DNA of 64,000 bases from Podarcis vaucheri (Eukaryota): the NCBI GenBank assembly GCA_965113315.1, contig OZ220364.1; one strand, written 5' to 3'. The notes under the pieces are model-generated. The model was not told the origin of the DNA. It saw only the letters and a list, made by a program, of their open reading frames with translations, and did not search any database. A program made the position numbers and the translations under genes. Shown one piece after another: positions 12,792-27,000 of the stretch. Positions within the stretch are counted from its first letter, which is position 1. The number at the start of each line of letters is the position of its first letter.

Positions 12792-15700
12792 GTGCAGGAA
12801 GGAATGATGAGGTGGAACACCACCAAGGGAATGCAAGAATCCGATCTCATTAGAGTTAATTTCACATTAGCAGTAAAAGAAAATGTAAAGTTTTATTCAC
12901 AAGGATCTGTGTGGTTCCCTTGGTGTGTTATCTTCTAGTAAGCTTTTAATACTTCGAATGCATATGTTTAGACATAATGCTAAACCAGGTTTTTAGAATA
13001 TGGAGTTTGGAATATCATTCAAACCCTAAAGTGTAGTTAATATTTTCTGCTTGTACTAGAATTAAACCAACTTCATTAACTGTGGTGTGATGGTCATAGA
13101 ATCGTAGAATTGTTGGTTTGCTTCTGCTAAACATAGCTAAGATTAACCACAATTTGTTCAGATTCAGACAACATGGCAAGCTACAGATAATTAAAAAGAT
13201 GCAAAAGTTTCTAGACTCCTCACTGTAGGAGGAGGGGAAAGAAGGAGCTTGCAAACCCAGGGAAAGGTTAGGCTCATTTTTGTAATTCTAAACTATGGTT
13301 TAGCATTACATCCAAACCAGCCATGTGTGTTGGTGTTTTCAGTATTTTGCCTGTTGTTGAATATGGCTTATCTGCAAGTACTTTTTAAAGGTTTTGTAGT
13401 AAATAGAAAATTCAGATCATGTACGTTTGCCTAGAACTATAGAGAATTTGGCTGCAATCCCTCATAGCTGTAATTTTCAGTAGCTGACCGCTAACCTTTA
13501 CTTGGTTTAGTGGATTAACAATGAATGTGTGACTTTGTACTGAATCAATGGTATGTTTTTAGATAGTGGCATTTACAGAATAAAAAGAGCTCTTAATGTT
13601 CTTTCATGGCATGGCATGTGTATATAGGAAAATGCTGTGTGGGAGATAGCATTTAAGAAGTCCTTAGTATACAGTACTTGCTTATATTGAGTATTTTTAT
13701 TACAATGTTTTGTTTGTAGAATTCAAATATTTATAAAATAATATTTATACAGCAGTAGAAAACATCAAGAGTAATTAGTTTTGGGAAGTAGTTTTGTAGC
13801 AGGGTACAACAGGCAAGTCTTTCCAAGGTCATTCTGGTTTCTACATTTAGCAGATGCTAGTCTGTGCATCTTGAATCTCTTCTCTCTTTGACAAACATGA
13901 AAATTAATATTAAAAGTAGATGAAAAGTTCCCTGACCTCAGAGCTTCCTTTAATTAAAAAAAAATTTTTTTGGCATGCACAGTAAGAAGATCATTGGTTA
14001 GCATGTTCAATAATCTCAAATGTATGTGTCCTGGTCCCTTATCTTTAAATAAATTTTAAAAAAGGTAAAAAATACATTGCAGAAATTGGCGTTCTAACAC
14101 GCCCTGTGTGTAAACGAGTTGACTTCATTTTGAACCCAGAAGGAGAGAGAATTCTCACCTCCTCATTCAGGATTCTCCAGTCGCCTATTTTTGACCCTAA
14201 AATGTAGCGTAGTGAAACTTTATCAAAATAATTTGAAGAAGGCATCAATAACACAGGCTTAAGTGGAGCTTCTTCCCCTCACTCATATGCTTTTTACAAA
14301 TGTAAGAATACTAAATAAGCTACTTGAATGATTTCTAACAGTCATAGCAAAAAGTCTGGTCAGTTGTGCCACAATTCCTACAGAATAGTTACAGTGACAA
14401 GCTTTGCAGTGCAGCGACCTTTACTGCTGTGGTGATTTGATACTTGCTTCAGTAATTCATCCATACATAGTAGAAAAATTAACCCGTCACTCAACCAAAA
14501 CCTTATTATTATCATTGCTTGCACAGTTACAACATTAGACAGATTGGCAGACAGTAAAGTCACATAAACAAGAATTTGCCTAATTATCTCTCCTTTGTTT
14601 CTGTTCCAGTAAATTAAAGTTTAAATAAAAGATTCCATTGGCCAGTTAACTAAGATGTGTTTTATCATTTCTTCATTGCCAAGCTTAGTAATGATGCTAA
14701 ATAGGTATTGCTTCTGCATAGCACCAATTCTGTGTGAGTTTTATAGAGGAGGGTCAACTGCATCATGCTAGGGATAGAGTTCTCCACCGGGGAGGAATAT
14801 GAAGAGACCCCTTGTATTATACGACTGGAAGATGTTTGTACTGTCAAAGTAAACTCTTGGATCATATGTACAAACCAGTATTGAAATAAGGAACGTTGCC
14901 TCAGTTTAGCACTGGGGATTTCCGCTTTTAGAAATTTGTGTCCAAAAAGAGCCCTTAATTGTTCCTGCATTGGTTGAAAGACCATATTTTTCTTCTTCTT
15001 GGATTTCTCTGCCTAACTAGAGACTTTTTAGAAGTTTTAACAGTCTCCTAACGAAACAGCATTGGATAGAAACTCGCACTCTTGCTGATTGTATATGCAT
15101 GATAGTGTCCATGGCTAATATTTAATCACTTGCTCAGTTACACTTTTGTTTTCCTTCTGGTAGTTTTCTGTCCCCAGTTCATATACAGTCTAAGCTGAAT
15201 CTGTTTGAGACCCAGGTATTTTGCATTGTTTTGTTAATCAGACCCGAATGCTTTTATTCTATTATCTTTCAAAATCTGCTGTTTTCAAATCCAATGTCTA
15301 GGTCTTCTACATGCTGCCATACATTTGAAGTATGTCTTTGCCCACATTGTTTTGTGGATGCTTGCAAATTTTAAGCCCCACCTCCACAGCACTGGTGTAA
15401 GCTAAGGCTTTGTTGTCATAGCTACTGACAGTCAATTTAATTATAGTAAAAATCATTACAAACAGCACCCCTGAGAAACGAGTGGCTGTAATCTAATACT
15501 TACATGTAGAAACTCGTGAGAGAACAGTTATCTGAAATGTACTTTGAAATTGCTAATTATTCTTAACTCTTTTATTTCTAATCTTCAGTTTCATAAAGTA
15601 TCGAAGTGGCTTACAACATTAAAAATATAATAAAACTACTCCATAAATATCCATACAGCGTAATTAAAAAGTCAATAAAACAGATAGCAGTTGGTTAAAA

Positions 15701-15829
15701 AGAGAAATTAATATTGTGAAGGCCTGGTTACAGGAACTAAATATCAGCTTTTACTACTTCTCCTGAGATTCGAAGGTCTGTTCAGTGTAAGAAATGAAAG
15801 CAAATAACTTGGTTTTTCCTTCCCAGCAG

Positions 15830-15983
15830 AAAGGAACCTCCCATATCATTGGGCATCTTCCCACTACCTCCAGGAGATGCACTTCTCACACCTGATAATC
15901 ACAGAGGAACAGTGGAAACTCCTGGGTCAGATAATTGGAAGTTCCGTGAACTAAGTCAGCCACGTTCCCGCACCAGTTTAAAG
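15830..15983 (+). CDS. SPAG9: SPAG9 exon (KEPPISLGIFPLPPGDALLTPD...SLK), JNK-binding region
   Basis: tcccagcag NAGNAG acceptor, AAG|gtgacc donor, 154 nt. Confidence 0.92.
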
Positions 15984-17027
15984 GTGACCTAGTGCTTTTA
16001 TTTTTCCCATCTGGTGAGGTTTTAATAATATGTTTCCTATGATGCATTGTGCCTGGTTGAAATCTAAGCCCCAAACTATCTTTCTTTAGTTCCTAATCTT
16101 CTTAAAATGAGACTCTTTCCAGGTGAGTTGAAGGTGAGTCTTTTTTCTATTATATGTTTTGATGAATGGGTCTCAGGTTGCACTGGACTATGGGGGAAGA
16201 CCAGGACCTCAATTCTGGTTTTCCAGGTACACCACACCCTTTTCACCAGTTTTCTAGATGGGTAGAGTGCCTTTTCTAACTCCTCCATTTCTTGTCTCTC
16301 TGAATTAACTAATATTTCAAGCTACAGTTTTCTTTTAGATGGGTTGGGGTTATGTGTTAGGTTTTTTCAACTACACTATACTGCTCAGATAACTGTTGCA
16401 TAACGTCTGTAACCTTTAGAAGTATTTAAGGTATCCTAGATTGTACAGTATCCACCTAGCAGGCATTTGTTAAGCTCTGAAGTGGTTTACTAAAATCCAC
16501 TGAGTACAAGTCGGAAGTCCTTTCCATTTAAATTTCTTAGAATTCTTTAGGCAGTTCAATATCGAAATCTTTAATCAGTTGTTACAGCTTGGGGTTGATT
16601 ATCCAGCAGCCAAAAGGTGATGTTCCTTGATCATTCTTCCATGTCTGTGTACAGCTAGGTGGATTATGTGCAAGTCAAATTGTCTGGTTAAGGGACATCT
16701 TTTGCACTCTTGGGACACTGTGAAACTGTATTCTGAAATGCAGAAACTAAAGTACTGTAAAGTAAACTGAGAAAAACAATGTCTCTGAACTTGTGCCTGA
16801 TGCTTATTCTTTCATCATGTGTGCCATTTGACACAGCTCTAAAGCCCCTAGTTGCTCCACAATTTGTGCCAGTACATTCTGTGCCCCCACATCTCTCTTA
16901 GATCCTATGTATGTAGCCCATAGGAGGCCTTAGGTGAGTTGCATCCATATAGAGTGTCTCCCTGTCCCTTTGCAGTTGTAAAGTAGATTGTACACATGAG
17001 TGTGGAAGGTAAAGAAGGCAAAGAATA

Positions 17028-17394
17028 GGTAAAGGTAAAGGACCCCTGGACGGTTAAGTCCTGTCAATGGTGACTGTGGGGTTGTAGCGCTCATCTTGCT
17101 TTCAGGCCGAGGGAGCCAGCGTTTGTCCACAGACAGTTTTCAGGGTCATGTGGTTGGCATGACTAAACCATTTCTGGCACTGTGGAACACCATGACGGAA
17201 ACCAAAGCTCATGGAAACGCTGTTCACCTTCCCGCCACAGTGGTACCTATTCATCTACTTGCACTGGTGTGCTTTCAAATTGCTAGGTTGGCAGGAGCTA
17301 GCAACGGGAGCTCACCCTATTGCAGGGATTCAAACCACCAACCTTCTGATCAGCAAGCCAAAGAGACTCAGTGGTTTAGACCACAGCGCTACCC
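17028..17394 (-). mobile_element. Sauria SINE
   Basis: (AAAGGT)n tail on + strand; TSD GCAAAGAATA at 17018-17027 and 17395-17404; homologous to copies at 32230 and 56516. Confidence 0.88.
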
Positions 17395-19680
17395 GCAAAG
17401 AATATTGCACATTTAAGGTGGGATAGATAGTTAAAGGAAGTTGTCAAGAATGTACAGGCTATACAATTGGATTACGGAAGGGGACAGTAAAAAGATACAA
17501 CTCTTGTAACCCGCTTTGTAAACCCTTCAGGCTAAACTGCATGCTTGGGGAGACTCCCTCCTAACCGATTAGCAAAACCATTTCTTGGGAAGAGCAAAAT
17601 TTGCTAAGTTATGTGTCTATTCTACACAATACTCCATTCTGTGTTGTTGGGGTTTTTTTTGCCCTGCTCTTTCATGAAAGACATCAGGGTGGTCTTCCTA
17701 GTTCTTGCCCTACCTGTTTTATCCAAACAGTCACCCTGTGAGATTGGTTAGGGTGAAAAATGATAACGGTGTTAACACATAATGCCAAGTTATAGTTAAT
17801 TCTAACCATGGTATGTTGAATATACCATGAATCATAGAAACATATAAACTGCAGCTTGTTTCTCCCAAGCTTGATTTGTTTCCCCCTCTGCTCTTGCCTC
17901 ATACCTTTATAGCTGGACATATGCCTGGGGTGGCCAGATAAACCATGGTTAAGCAAGAATGCCAGGTTCAGACATAACACCAAACTGTAATTAAAATGAA
18001 CCACAGTTTATAAGCAAACAGCAAACCATAGCATCGTATTCTGGCTTGTTGCCAGAAAACAAAAATGGTTAGTCTGCTGGGCCGGGTTCACACTTTGGCT
18101 AAATAGGCAATGGTTTTGCATTATGTGCTCAAGTCCCTTGGCTAGTCCAGTGAGCTTCACTACCAAGTGGGGATTTGAACCCAGGCTTTTCACTATTCTA
18201 AGTTTGATATTCTTGGTGGTAGTCAACTTAAGGTATACTCTGGGTAGACCAACTGATATTAATGAACCTAGCTTAGCCATATTAATTAATATCAATGAGC
18301 CTAAGTAAATCTTGGTTGAATGTCAGCCACTATTTGCCGACATACCCGCTGTTTGCCTAGGACTGTGCCTCCTGCCCCAGATGAATAGAGGAAGGGAAGG
18401 GGAGGGAAGGAGGAGAACGCATGATTTTTGAGGCCAGAATAGATGTCACATCACTTAGAATCGTAATGAGAAAGTAAGGAAAAACAAATTAATACCCGCA
18501 GTCAGTTTTGGATGAAGCATTAGCTAATGTTTGCCCAGACAGTTGGATAATTCAAGTGCAGGAGCAGAAATGCAGCAGTTGCAGTAGATCCGTAGAATTC
18601 TAATTATGAAACTGGGCTAATCTGTTTCTCGGTTAAACTATTCAAACTAAGCTCTGAGGTTTTCCTTGGCCCCCTTCTGTTGGCAGTTGGGCCATTTGTT
18701 GTGAGCGTTTTGTCTGCTAAGGTCAGTGAGTGGTCTGTGTGCTGCATTCTTTCCTGGATGCAGCTGGAATACAGACGTTGGGAAACGTTTAAACAAAAGT
18801 CAAGTTCTTATTCCGCTTGAGTGCGGAGCTCTGTGGATACACTTGGTTACGACTGCAGTTTCCTCTCCATGAGTGATTAGGCTAAATTACTGAGGAGTGT
18901 CGGAACTGTGTGGCTTTTTTTGGAAGAGTGGGTGAGATCCAAGAAATTGGGAGAGGAGAAGGGCAGTTGTATTAAATAGTGTACAGTACTTTTAAAATGT
19001 TCTACAAGTTTCTGGTTGGGGCAGGCTGTGAAAGCATGTTACTAGGCTTGACCATTATCATTTAGTATGCCCTGGACTGGGAGGCACAACTTGATGGAGA
19101 TGCTCATCAGTTTCTAGCATGGAGTTATCTGATCTGCAGGAGAGAGTGAGGAACACTGGCTCGGGGCTGAGTGGTTGCAGTCCTAGACCAGAATCTAGTA
19201 ATTTTCTCAGCCAGTTCAGAGTGAGACATTGAAGCAATGTATATATAGTTTATATTTAACATTTTATCACTTGAGTTTGGCCTTTAATATGGTTTAGATA
19301 ATTTCCTCGAAATAGGATGGAAAATCAATCCATATAACATGCTGCTATCAATTCACTACATTTCCCCCTAGGAGGTAGTATTTATTAAGGTTTAATGATT
19401 AAAGTGGTCTTTATCTCTGCTTCATACTGATGTACTTACTACCAAAATGCACTTACTAGAGAGTAAGCTGAATTTAACATAGTGGGACTGACTTCTGAGT
19501 ACACATAGGTTGTACTGTAAACCCTCAATTTTGTTTCCTCATAAGCAGTTTTGGAATAAATGTTGCCTCCTTCCACAAAGGCATGAAAGTACAAGCTTCT
19601 CCTTGAGTGGGTTTGTTACAGGCTGGACCAGGGAAGATACTTTATGACAAAACTAGAAGGATATAGACCCAAAGATGTTT

Positions 19681-20057
19681 GCGGCCTCGGTCCAGTATAC
19701 CTGAAGGAGCGTCTCCACCTCCATCGTTCTGCCTGGACACTGAGTTCCAGTGCTGAGGGCCTTCTGGTGAGAAGAAGCCTCACTGCGAGAAGCCAGGTTA
19801 CAGGGAACCAGGCAGAGGGCCTTATCGGTAGTGGCACCCGCCCTGTGGAACACCCTCCCACCAGATGTCAAAGAAATAAACAACTATATGACATTTAGAA
19901 GACATCTGAAGGCAACCCTGTTTAGGGAAGCTTTTAATGTTTGACGCACTATTGTATTTTAATATTTTGTTGGAAGCCGCCCAGAGTGGCTGGGGAAACC
20001 CAGCCAGATGGGTAGGGTATAAATAGTAAATTATTATTAAATTATTATTATTATTAT
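19681..20057 (+). mobile_element. L2-like LINE 3' end
   Basis: GLGPVYLKERL remnant, (TTA)n tail; the 3' part is the near reverse complement of 61927-62057. Confidence 0.72.
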
Positions 20058-21575
20058 TGCAGTCTCCGAATTGTCAAGCTTAAGCTAGAAGGATAGTCAT
20101 ATCTTGGCAAAAACACTTTGCTAAAGGGACGGAATTCACATGGCCCAAATCTGGAAGCTGAAAGAAGTGTTAAGAGGGCAGGTCAAGAGCCAAGAAATGG
20201 GGGGTTGGGGCGAGCAAGGCAGTCTGCTAGCAGGAGCAAGGGAAAACACAGGTGTGATTCAGAGAACAACCTGTGATGGTGGTTGCAATGATGGAAGAGT
20301 GAAGCAGAATGTTTGGATGGGACCTAGGTTAGGTGTTGGCAAATCTGGTACTTCTGGGCAAGGCCAAAGAGCTATGGTAGAATTGTTCACCAGGTCCCAG
20401 AATTGCCCTGATGCTGCAAGATTGCTGCTGGCAAAAGTGCTTCAGTGTACAGGATTTTTATTCAAGGTGAGGCACTGATATTTGCATCTGCCATATGTAG
20501 TATCTTTGTCACAGAGGAATGTGCTACCGCTGATGTTCTTCCCTCTTATCAGTTTCTTGGCAGACGCCCAAGCTTGGATCAGAATTATTTGCTAAGTATT
20601 TCATTGTCTGCAGTTGGGGCCATACTATATATAATGATACAGAAAACTAGTGCTTTAAGCAAGAGTCTGTCCCATTCATATGTAAAGCAGGGGATACAAT
20701 TTAAATCTCAAAAGGGGTATAGGCAAGGAGTTGCTTGACCCTTCACCTTTCACGTATCTGACCTTGGAGAAGTGTCGTGAGAGGATTTTTGACATAACAT
20801 TGAAATTGAGATTTTCTCTTTTTGTCATATGCCACTATAAATGGATCTGTTGAAATGCCACTCTGATGTACTTCTTTATGCAAATGCTAAGCAAGTGTTC
20901 TGTAAAGCTTTGAAATTTAATGCTGGATTGCCCAGTGTTGCATTTGTAGTTTCAGTCTGTTTCAACAATATGGTCGTAACCCGTTATTTTGCAGTATGAA
21001 AGAGGATCACAAGGACTTGTGTAGGCAAAATGTCTCTTAAATTCAGCTATGTTTTCTGCTTGTAATACACTTAGTTCTTACATTAGTTCCTGGAAAAAGT
21101 ATGTTTTTTGAGCCATTGAGAATGATCTTGGAACTTTCCATGGCACAGTTTGCTCAACTGAATACTAAGAAGAAGCAGTACACTTTCTGTGTTGACCATT
21201 ATTTTTTTACCTAACTTATAGAATTTCTCTCTCTCCTCCCTCCTTTCACTGTAAATGATTTCAAAGCACCTTGCAACAACAATAAAAACAAATAAATCAG
21301 ACAAAAATGCACTGTCAAAAAGCATTTAAATCACGCGTATAGAAACAGCAGAGCCAGTATAAACAGTATCTAATTTTTTTAAGAGAGATGTTGAATACTT
21401 TTACAACCATGGGAGAATAGGACAGATTTTTCCTCGCTCCTGAAAGGTAACTAAGATGGTGTTATGCAGACATGTCTAGGAGGAGAACTGGCTCCAACAT
21501 GTCTAGTATCCATCCGGTGACTGGGAATGTTATCATATAAATTCTGTAATTACTTTGAATTTCTCTACACTTTAG

Positions 21576-21765
21576 GATGAACTTTCTGATGTTAGCCAAG
21601 CAGGTTCCAAATGTACTACGCCAGTCTTAACTGCTGCTTCAGATGTCCTTGCGCCTGCTGAATCTCCCTCGAAAGACCACAAGGAAGGGCTTGAGAAGGA
21701 CTCCGATATAGGGAACAAGAACATTGAAGTGCAAGTAGCCCAAGAAACAAGAAATGTGTCTATTG
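21576..21765 (+). CDS. SPAG9: SPAG9 exon (DELSDVSQAGSK...QETRNVSI)
   Basis: tttag acceptor, G|gtaagt donor, 190 nt. Confidence 0.93.
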
Positions 21766-22454
21766 GTAAGTTCCTAGAATAGATTGTGTGGCTAGAGCCA
21801 ATACTATGCACACTTTAAAACTGAATTTTTTTTCTGTCTTACGTGTAAATATGTGTGCGTACTAATTTCCAGAAGAATAGTTATTGATTAATATTTAGAG
21901 GAACGGGTGATGTTCTTGATTAATATTTAGGAAACATGGTGTTCTTGTGTAATAAGGTGCAAGTATGTTTGGGTGTGGTTATCACACTAGGGTTGGGGAC
22001 AAAATTGTCCCCATGGCTTCCAAATCCATTGTATGGTCTATGAAGTATAAATATTCATACCTCCTTTATGTACTTAAATTAATAAAATGTACTTAGAATG
22101 AATTAATAAAATGTTAAAGATCTATAAACTGGAAAAAACTATTTCTTATATGGAAATGTGTTTTGTGCAGAAAGTGTCTTCTTTGTGAAGTCACCCTTGC
22201 AGTAAAAAATTACTGTAACATTTAAGGGGCAATGGAGTGGCCATTTAACTTGTTGGCAGTGTAATTTTATAGTTCAGATGTCGGTTCAGCCGTGAATCTC
22301 TCTGGTCTTTGGCAGTGCTTAATCTCATAATTTAGCCCTTGCTTCATTGGGGTTGCTGTGGAATTAAAATAAGATACATAGTAGTTCCCTTAAGCTCTTG
22401 GGATAGGATGAAAAAGAAATGGGAATAAATAGTTACTTCTGATCTGTTCCCCAG

Positions 22455-22554
22455 GTTCTAATGAAAATGAAGACAAATCTGAAGTTCAGGCAATCATCGA
22501 ATCCACTCCAGAGCTGGATATGGATAAAGACCTTAGTGGATATAAAGGTTCAAG
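22455..22554 (+). CDS. SPAG9: SPAG9 exon (SNENEDKSEVQAIIESTPELDMDKDLSGYKGS)
   Basis: cccag acceptor, AG|gtattt donor, 100 nt. Confidence 0.94.
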
Positions 22555-23063
22555 GTATTTTGCTGAACACTTCTCATCAGTAAAGATCTTCGGGTGGGGG
22601 AATGTACAGGGCAGGGTTCAGCTAAGTTGTTCATGCACTGGGCCTTTCCCCCCACCTCCTGTGCATCCCCATACCCCCTAGGCCTGCTCCGTATGACTGG
22701 GGAAACCCTCCAGAACAGGTTTAAGTGAAGGCGGGGGTGGGAGGAAGTCCCATTGCGCAGCAGACCTTGTTCCCTGCATGCATACTTAATGCTATGTTGA
22801 ATTCCACTTATAAGCTCCCAACAGTCTTGTTGGGCTGATGCCAGGACCCCAAAGGCCTATACGTGGCCCACGTTGCATAGGACGCTTGGGAATGTCTGAA
22901 GCAATACAGTTGTCCACTGTGCTGCTGCTCTGCTTTTGACTGCCTGTCCGCCCAGTGCAAAGGGTCCTGATCTGCCGAGAAGATCAGAGCAGTTTGTTAT
23001 GCAGCAGTCATTGTCCTTTTACTCAGGGTCTTCCAGAAGAGCTAAGAACAGTGTGTGTGAGAG

Positions 23064-23342
23064 CAGTAGCGAAGCTGCATGCTCTGCTACTGGGGGCAGA
23101 GAGCAGGCGGGGGTGTGGCTGGCGCCCCGGAGGGCGTGGCATGCTGTCCGCAGGGGTGTGGCACGCATCCTGAGGGTGTGGCTTGCGTTCTGGGGGCATG
23201 GTGTGCCACCTGTGGGGGCGTGGCGCCCGGCACGAGGGTGGGTGCGCGCCGCATGTCCGGGGAGGCCGCCATGATGGCACCCTGCTGGAATAGTGGTGCC
23301 AAGGGTGGTCTGCGCCCTCCGCACCCCGTTCCTCCGCCAGTG
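23064..23342. mobile_element. GC/CpG-rich MITE (hAT-like)
   Basis: Imperfect TIRs CAGTAGCGAAG...CTCCGCCAGTG, partial 8-bp TSD (..GAGAG). Confidence 0.55.
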
Positions 23343-23659
23343 CAAGAGAGTCTTGTGCTGCTTCTGATCTGCTTAAGTGCTCCAGAATGCAAGGGCAGAG
23401 GATTCTTGGAGTGAGAAGTTAAGGACCTCCTACTGGTGCCGTGGGGAGGTGGGCCAGAGGAAAGGAGTGAAAGCCAGACAAGTGGATGAGAGGAAGAGTA
23501 ACCCAGGTGACGAGCTGTGCATTTGGGGTAAAAGTGGGGAGGAAGCATTACCTTGACACATGTGCCTTATGCCTCTGCCCCATGACAGTTAAGGGCACCC
23601 ACTGGTAGGTTTCTGGCACATAATTCTAGAGCCACACCTGACTGTAATGCCTGACTTAT

Positions 23660-23800
23660 ATTGGCGGTTGCCAATGTGGCGCCCTCCAGATGCTGTTGGA
23701 CTACAACTCCCATCATCCTCAGTTGTTGGCTGTGCTAGCTGAGGGTTTATGGATGTTGTAGTCCAACAAAATCTGGAGGGCACCACATTGGCTACCACTG
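23660..23800. mobile_element. Palindromic hAT MITE (GGACTACAACTCCC family)
   Basis: Internal palindrome shared with 28799, 33838 and 34017. Confidence 0.7.
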
Positions 23801-23967
23801 CTTATTGCAGCATTAGCTTTTATGGGCTAGAACCCACATTGTCAGACGCATGAAGTGATTTAGAAGACCATGTGCCCGCACATATTGACACTCATTTGTG
23901 TGCGTACATTTACATATTTTAAAAACTTTTATTCCCCTGACTTTTAAATTCCAATTCTGTTGTGCAG

Positions 23968-24089
23968 CACACCTACCAAAGGCATAGAGAACAAAGCATT
24001 TGATCGTAATACAGAATCACTGTTCGAAGAACTATCTTCTGCTGGCACTGGTCTGATAGGGGATGTGGATGAAGGAGCAGACCTACTGG
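23968..24089 (+). CDS. SPAG9: SPAG9 exon ([24 protein letters not shown]...GADLL)
   Basis: gcag acceptor, G|gtaagt donor, 122 nt. Confidence 0.95.
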
Positions 24090-27000
24090 GTAAGTGGGTA
24101 TTCTCAAAAAATCCTGTTGATTTCCATCCATTTCTTCAGCTTAAGAACTGTGAAGGTAATTGTTCTGTGAGAGTTGAGGAATGAAGTTGTTGAGAAAAGT
24201 ATTCATGTTCAGTACTTCGTTTTAAGTAAGCTTCTTCTATATATAAAATGGTTACTAATTAAAAATGGTGAAGTTGAAAACATTCAGTCTCCTACATGAG
24301 GTTTTTACCAAAGGGAGTCTTTTGATTATTTATTCAGAACTCTGCTTTAGTGCAGTCCTAGGTTGCACTCAGAAGTAAGTTCCATTGAGTCCCTGATAGG
24401 TTTGGGTAAGGTTTCAGAGCAGGTGTAGCAGCTACTCACCAGGTGAGAAGGAAGTCATGTGACATGGGGAGGATATCTGAAACAGCGCCCAGAACCATCA
24501 GCCTGTACAATAATATGCAGAGGCACAAGACTACCTGAATAATGAAGTGAATCAAGCATTTGCTCTTGAGTTTTTAAGGACTGGTGAAATAACCAGTTTA
24601 ATTTGGTAAATAGCAAGCTGAAAATAGAGCCCTCATTGGCTGCTCCTGTCTCTTTTGGTCATCAGCATACAAGGGCAGGAGGGGGCCTCATTTCTGAAAT
24701 ACGGTCATCCTCCATTCTTTGATATGCAGAGGTCCCTCTCGATACCCTTTCTAACGACCCCCATCCAGATCCATTACAGCCTAGATGATTTTTCCAGATC
24801 GGAACTTCTCCACCAGCTATAGTTAAAGGAGATGAGCCCAGTTCCACAGTCAGTTCTGTTAAAGAATGTAAGACTATCCCCATTAGGAGGATTGCTAAAC
24901 CTACATAATAAATAAACCTAGCACTGCTCAAACTTTGTAGATTCCAATTTGATGCAAATCAAGGCCCAGTAGCAGTTTGGTGGGTTGGTTCTTGCAGGCT
25001 GTCAGCAGATGTCTTCTGCAGTGTCAAACATTGGCATCATATGGAATCAGTAAGCCAGATGCCTCTATAGCAGCCCTATACTCCGCTGTAAGAGGGGCAC
25101 ATTTTGTAATGTACACTATTTCCCCAAGCAGATTTTCTATTTTGGGTCACGAAGAAGACCAAAGAGGCCCATTTAAAAGGATCAGAAAAAGGCAAATGTT
25201 TGTAATTGCTAAATATTATTTTGGACTGTGAGCCTAAGATTCTAGCTAGCCATGGGCACAATAGAAGATGAAGGTTTGGTTACTGAGTGGAAAAACTCAA
25301 GCTGAATGGGATTCGCCTGCCCCTCTCTCTCCTGTGCTTCCAGAAAAGTCTCTAGAGGGTCAGTGGCCCCTTCTGAAGAGCATGCAATGAGGAGTGATGG
25401 GCTGCAGTGGGAAGAGGGAATCGCCCAAAATCAGCTGTAGGCCAAGTTTGCAAAATGTCATATTTGCAGAGCTACAAGCGAGACCTTGAATTCAGATTTA
25501 AATTCAGCAAATGGAATAGTAGTCTATAAGTACTCACAGAAGGAAACAATGTTGACAAGGGAGTGTTTCCAGCTGATCAGGAAGAAAAATAGACAGCTAC
25601 CCAGTTGTGTCGCATCTCTGGGATGGTTGCCATGACTTTGTGTGAAAATGTCAGAATTGTTCAGGTTAGCCAGAATCCTCACTTCCTTTTAGTGTACATG
25701 CCTGAACTGTGTAACCCAAGCACAAGCATTAAAGGGCCAGGTGGTTGAGCTCAACTGCCGTGCTCCCCCTGATAGAGCACATATGTGTGCCTTCTCCATA
25801 CCACACACTCCAGATTCTGTTGAGCAATTGAGGTAGGCCAATATCACTTGGCAACTGCGGCTAGTGGGATTGCTGTTTTGTCTGTTTCCCTATGGCGCAA
25901 CTTCATTTTTATGCTACAATGTCAGCACAGCATGGTATATGCCAGGCACTGCTGCAGTCATGGGAATGAAAATAAAGGTTTCAGTAGTAGTTCTGCTCTT
26001 TCTGGAGTTGAGCAGGAAACATGCCCTGGCATAGCCCAGGTGCCAGGATTTTTTTTTATTTTATTGGAAGGTAGTTACCCTAGTTACAAAACTCTGCATG
26101 TAGCCTCAGCTAGAATTATGCGTTTCAACAGATCTGCTGCAGATACTCAAGTACATTTTCTTCTCTTTGTGGTGGGCAATATAAATTTCATTCATCTATT
26201 TCAAACAGCATTTATGATTTGACTTTATTTAAAAATTAAAAAAGCATTACAAGTATTTGGCTTTCGAATAAGGGGGAGTCACATATGTAGCTTGGTGAAT
26301 AGCATCAGTCTTCTCCATTCGTTGTCCTCTGAAATTAAGTTGGCTGATTTGAATGAATATACGATGGACAGCATTAACTAGTGAAATGGAGAGTCTTGAC
26401 TCTACTGATGTCCTTTTAATGGGTTTATTAATGAGTTGCTTTTAAAGCTCTTGATGTCTGTTTTAAGAGAGGGTTGCAAAGACAACTCGCATAGCCCGGA
26501 TTAGGGATGAGGAACCTGCTACCCTCCTGATGTTGGTGGAGCACAGTTTCCATCACTCCTGACCTTTGGCCATCATGGCTGGATGGGAATAGAATCCAAC
26601 ATTTGAAGGGTAGGAGGATCCCAGACTTTAGCCTGGATCTTCTAGGATTTGAAGGGAAACGACTAAATGCGGCAGAATAATCCTAATGTGTTTATACAGA
26701 AGTCCTACTGAGTTCAGTGGGACCCAATTTGAAATAAGTGTACATTTTGTATGAAATGCCCTGTTTTGTAGCGTGATATGCAATATATCTGCTGTTTGAC
26801 TTATGGAGCATGGTTCCACAATGTTAGTTTACATGGGATTCTCCAATTTTCTTTCTCTTGGGCTGCATACCCAGGGGAATATTCTGGTGTGTATGCTTTT
26901 TATATTTTCAAAAGTGATTGTTTTGAAGTTCAATATTCTTGGCTGCTGCTATCATAATATATGTTGTTATTTTGGTTTTTATCCTGCTTGGTATCTTCCC

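Noticed and set aside
20446-20466. Possible 21-nt exon ending AAG|gtgagg
   Set aside because: Poor pyrimidine tract and no homology support
22936-23548. Cluster of overlapping ORFs / apparent CpG island
   Set aside because: Coincides with a GC-rich MITE-like insertion; stop-poor composition explains the ORFs
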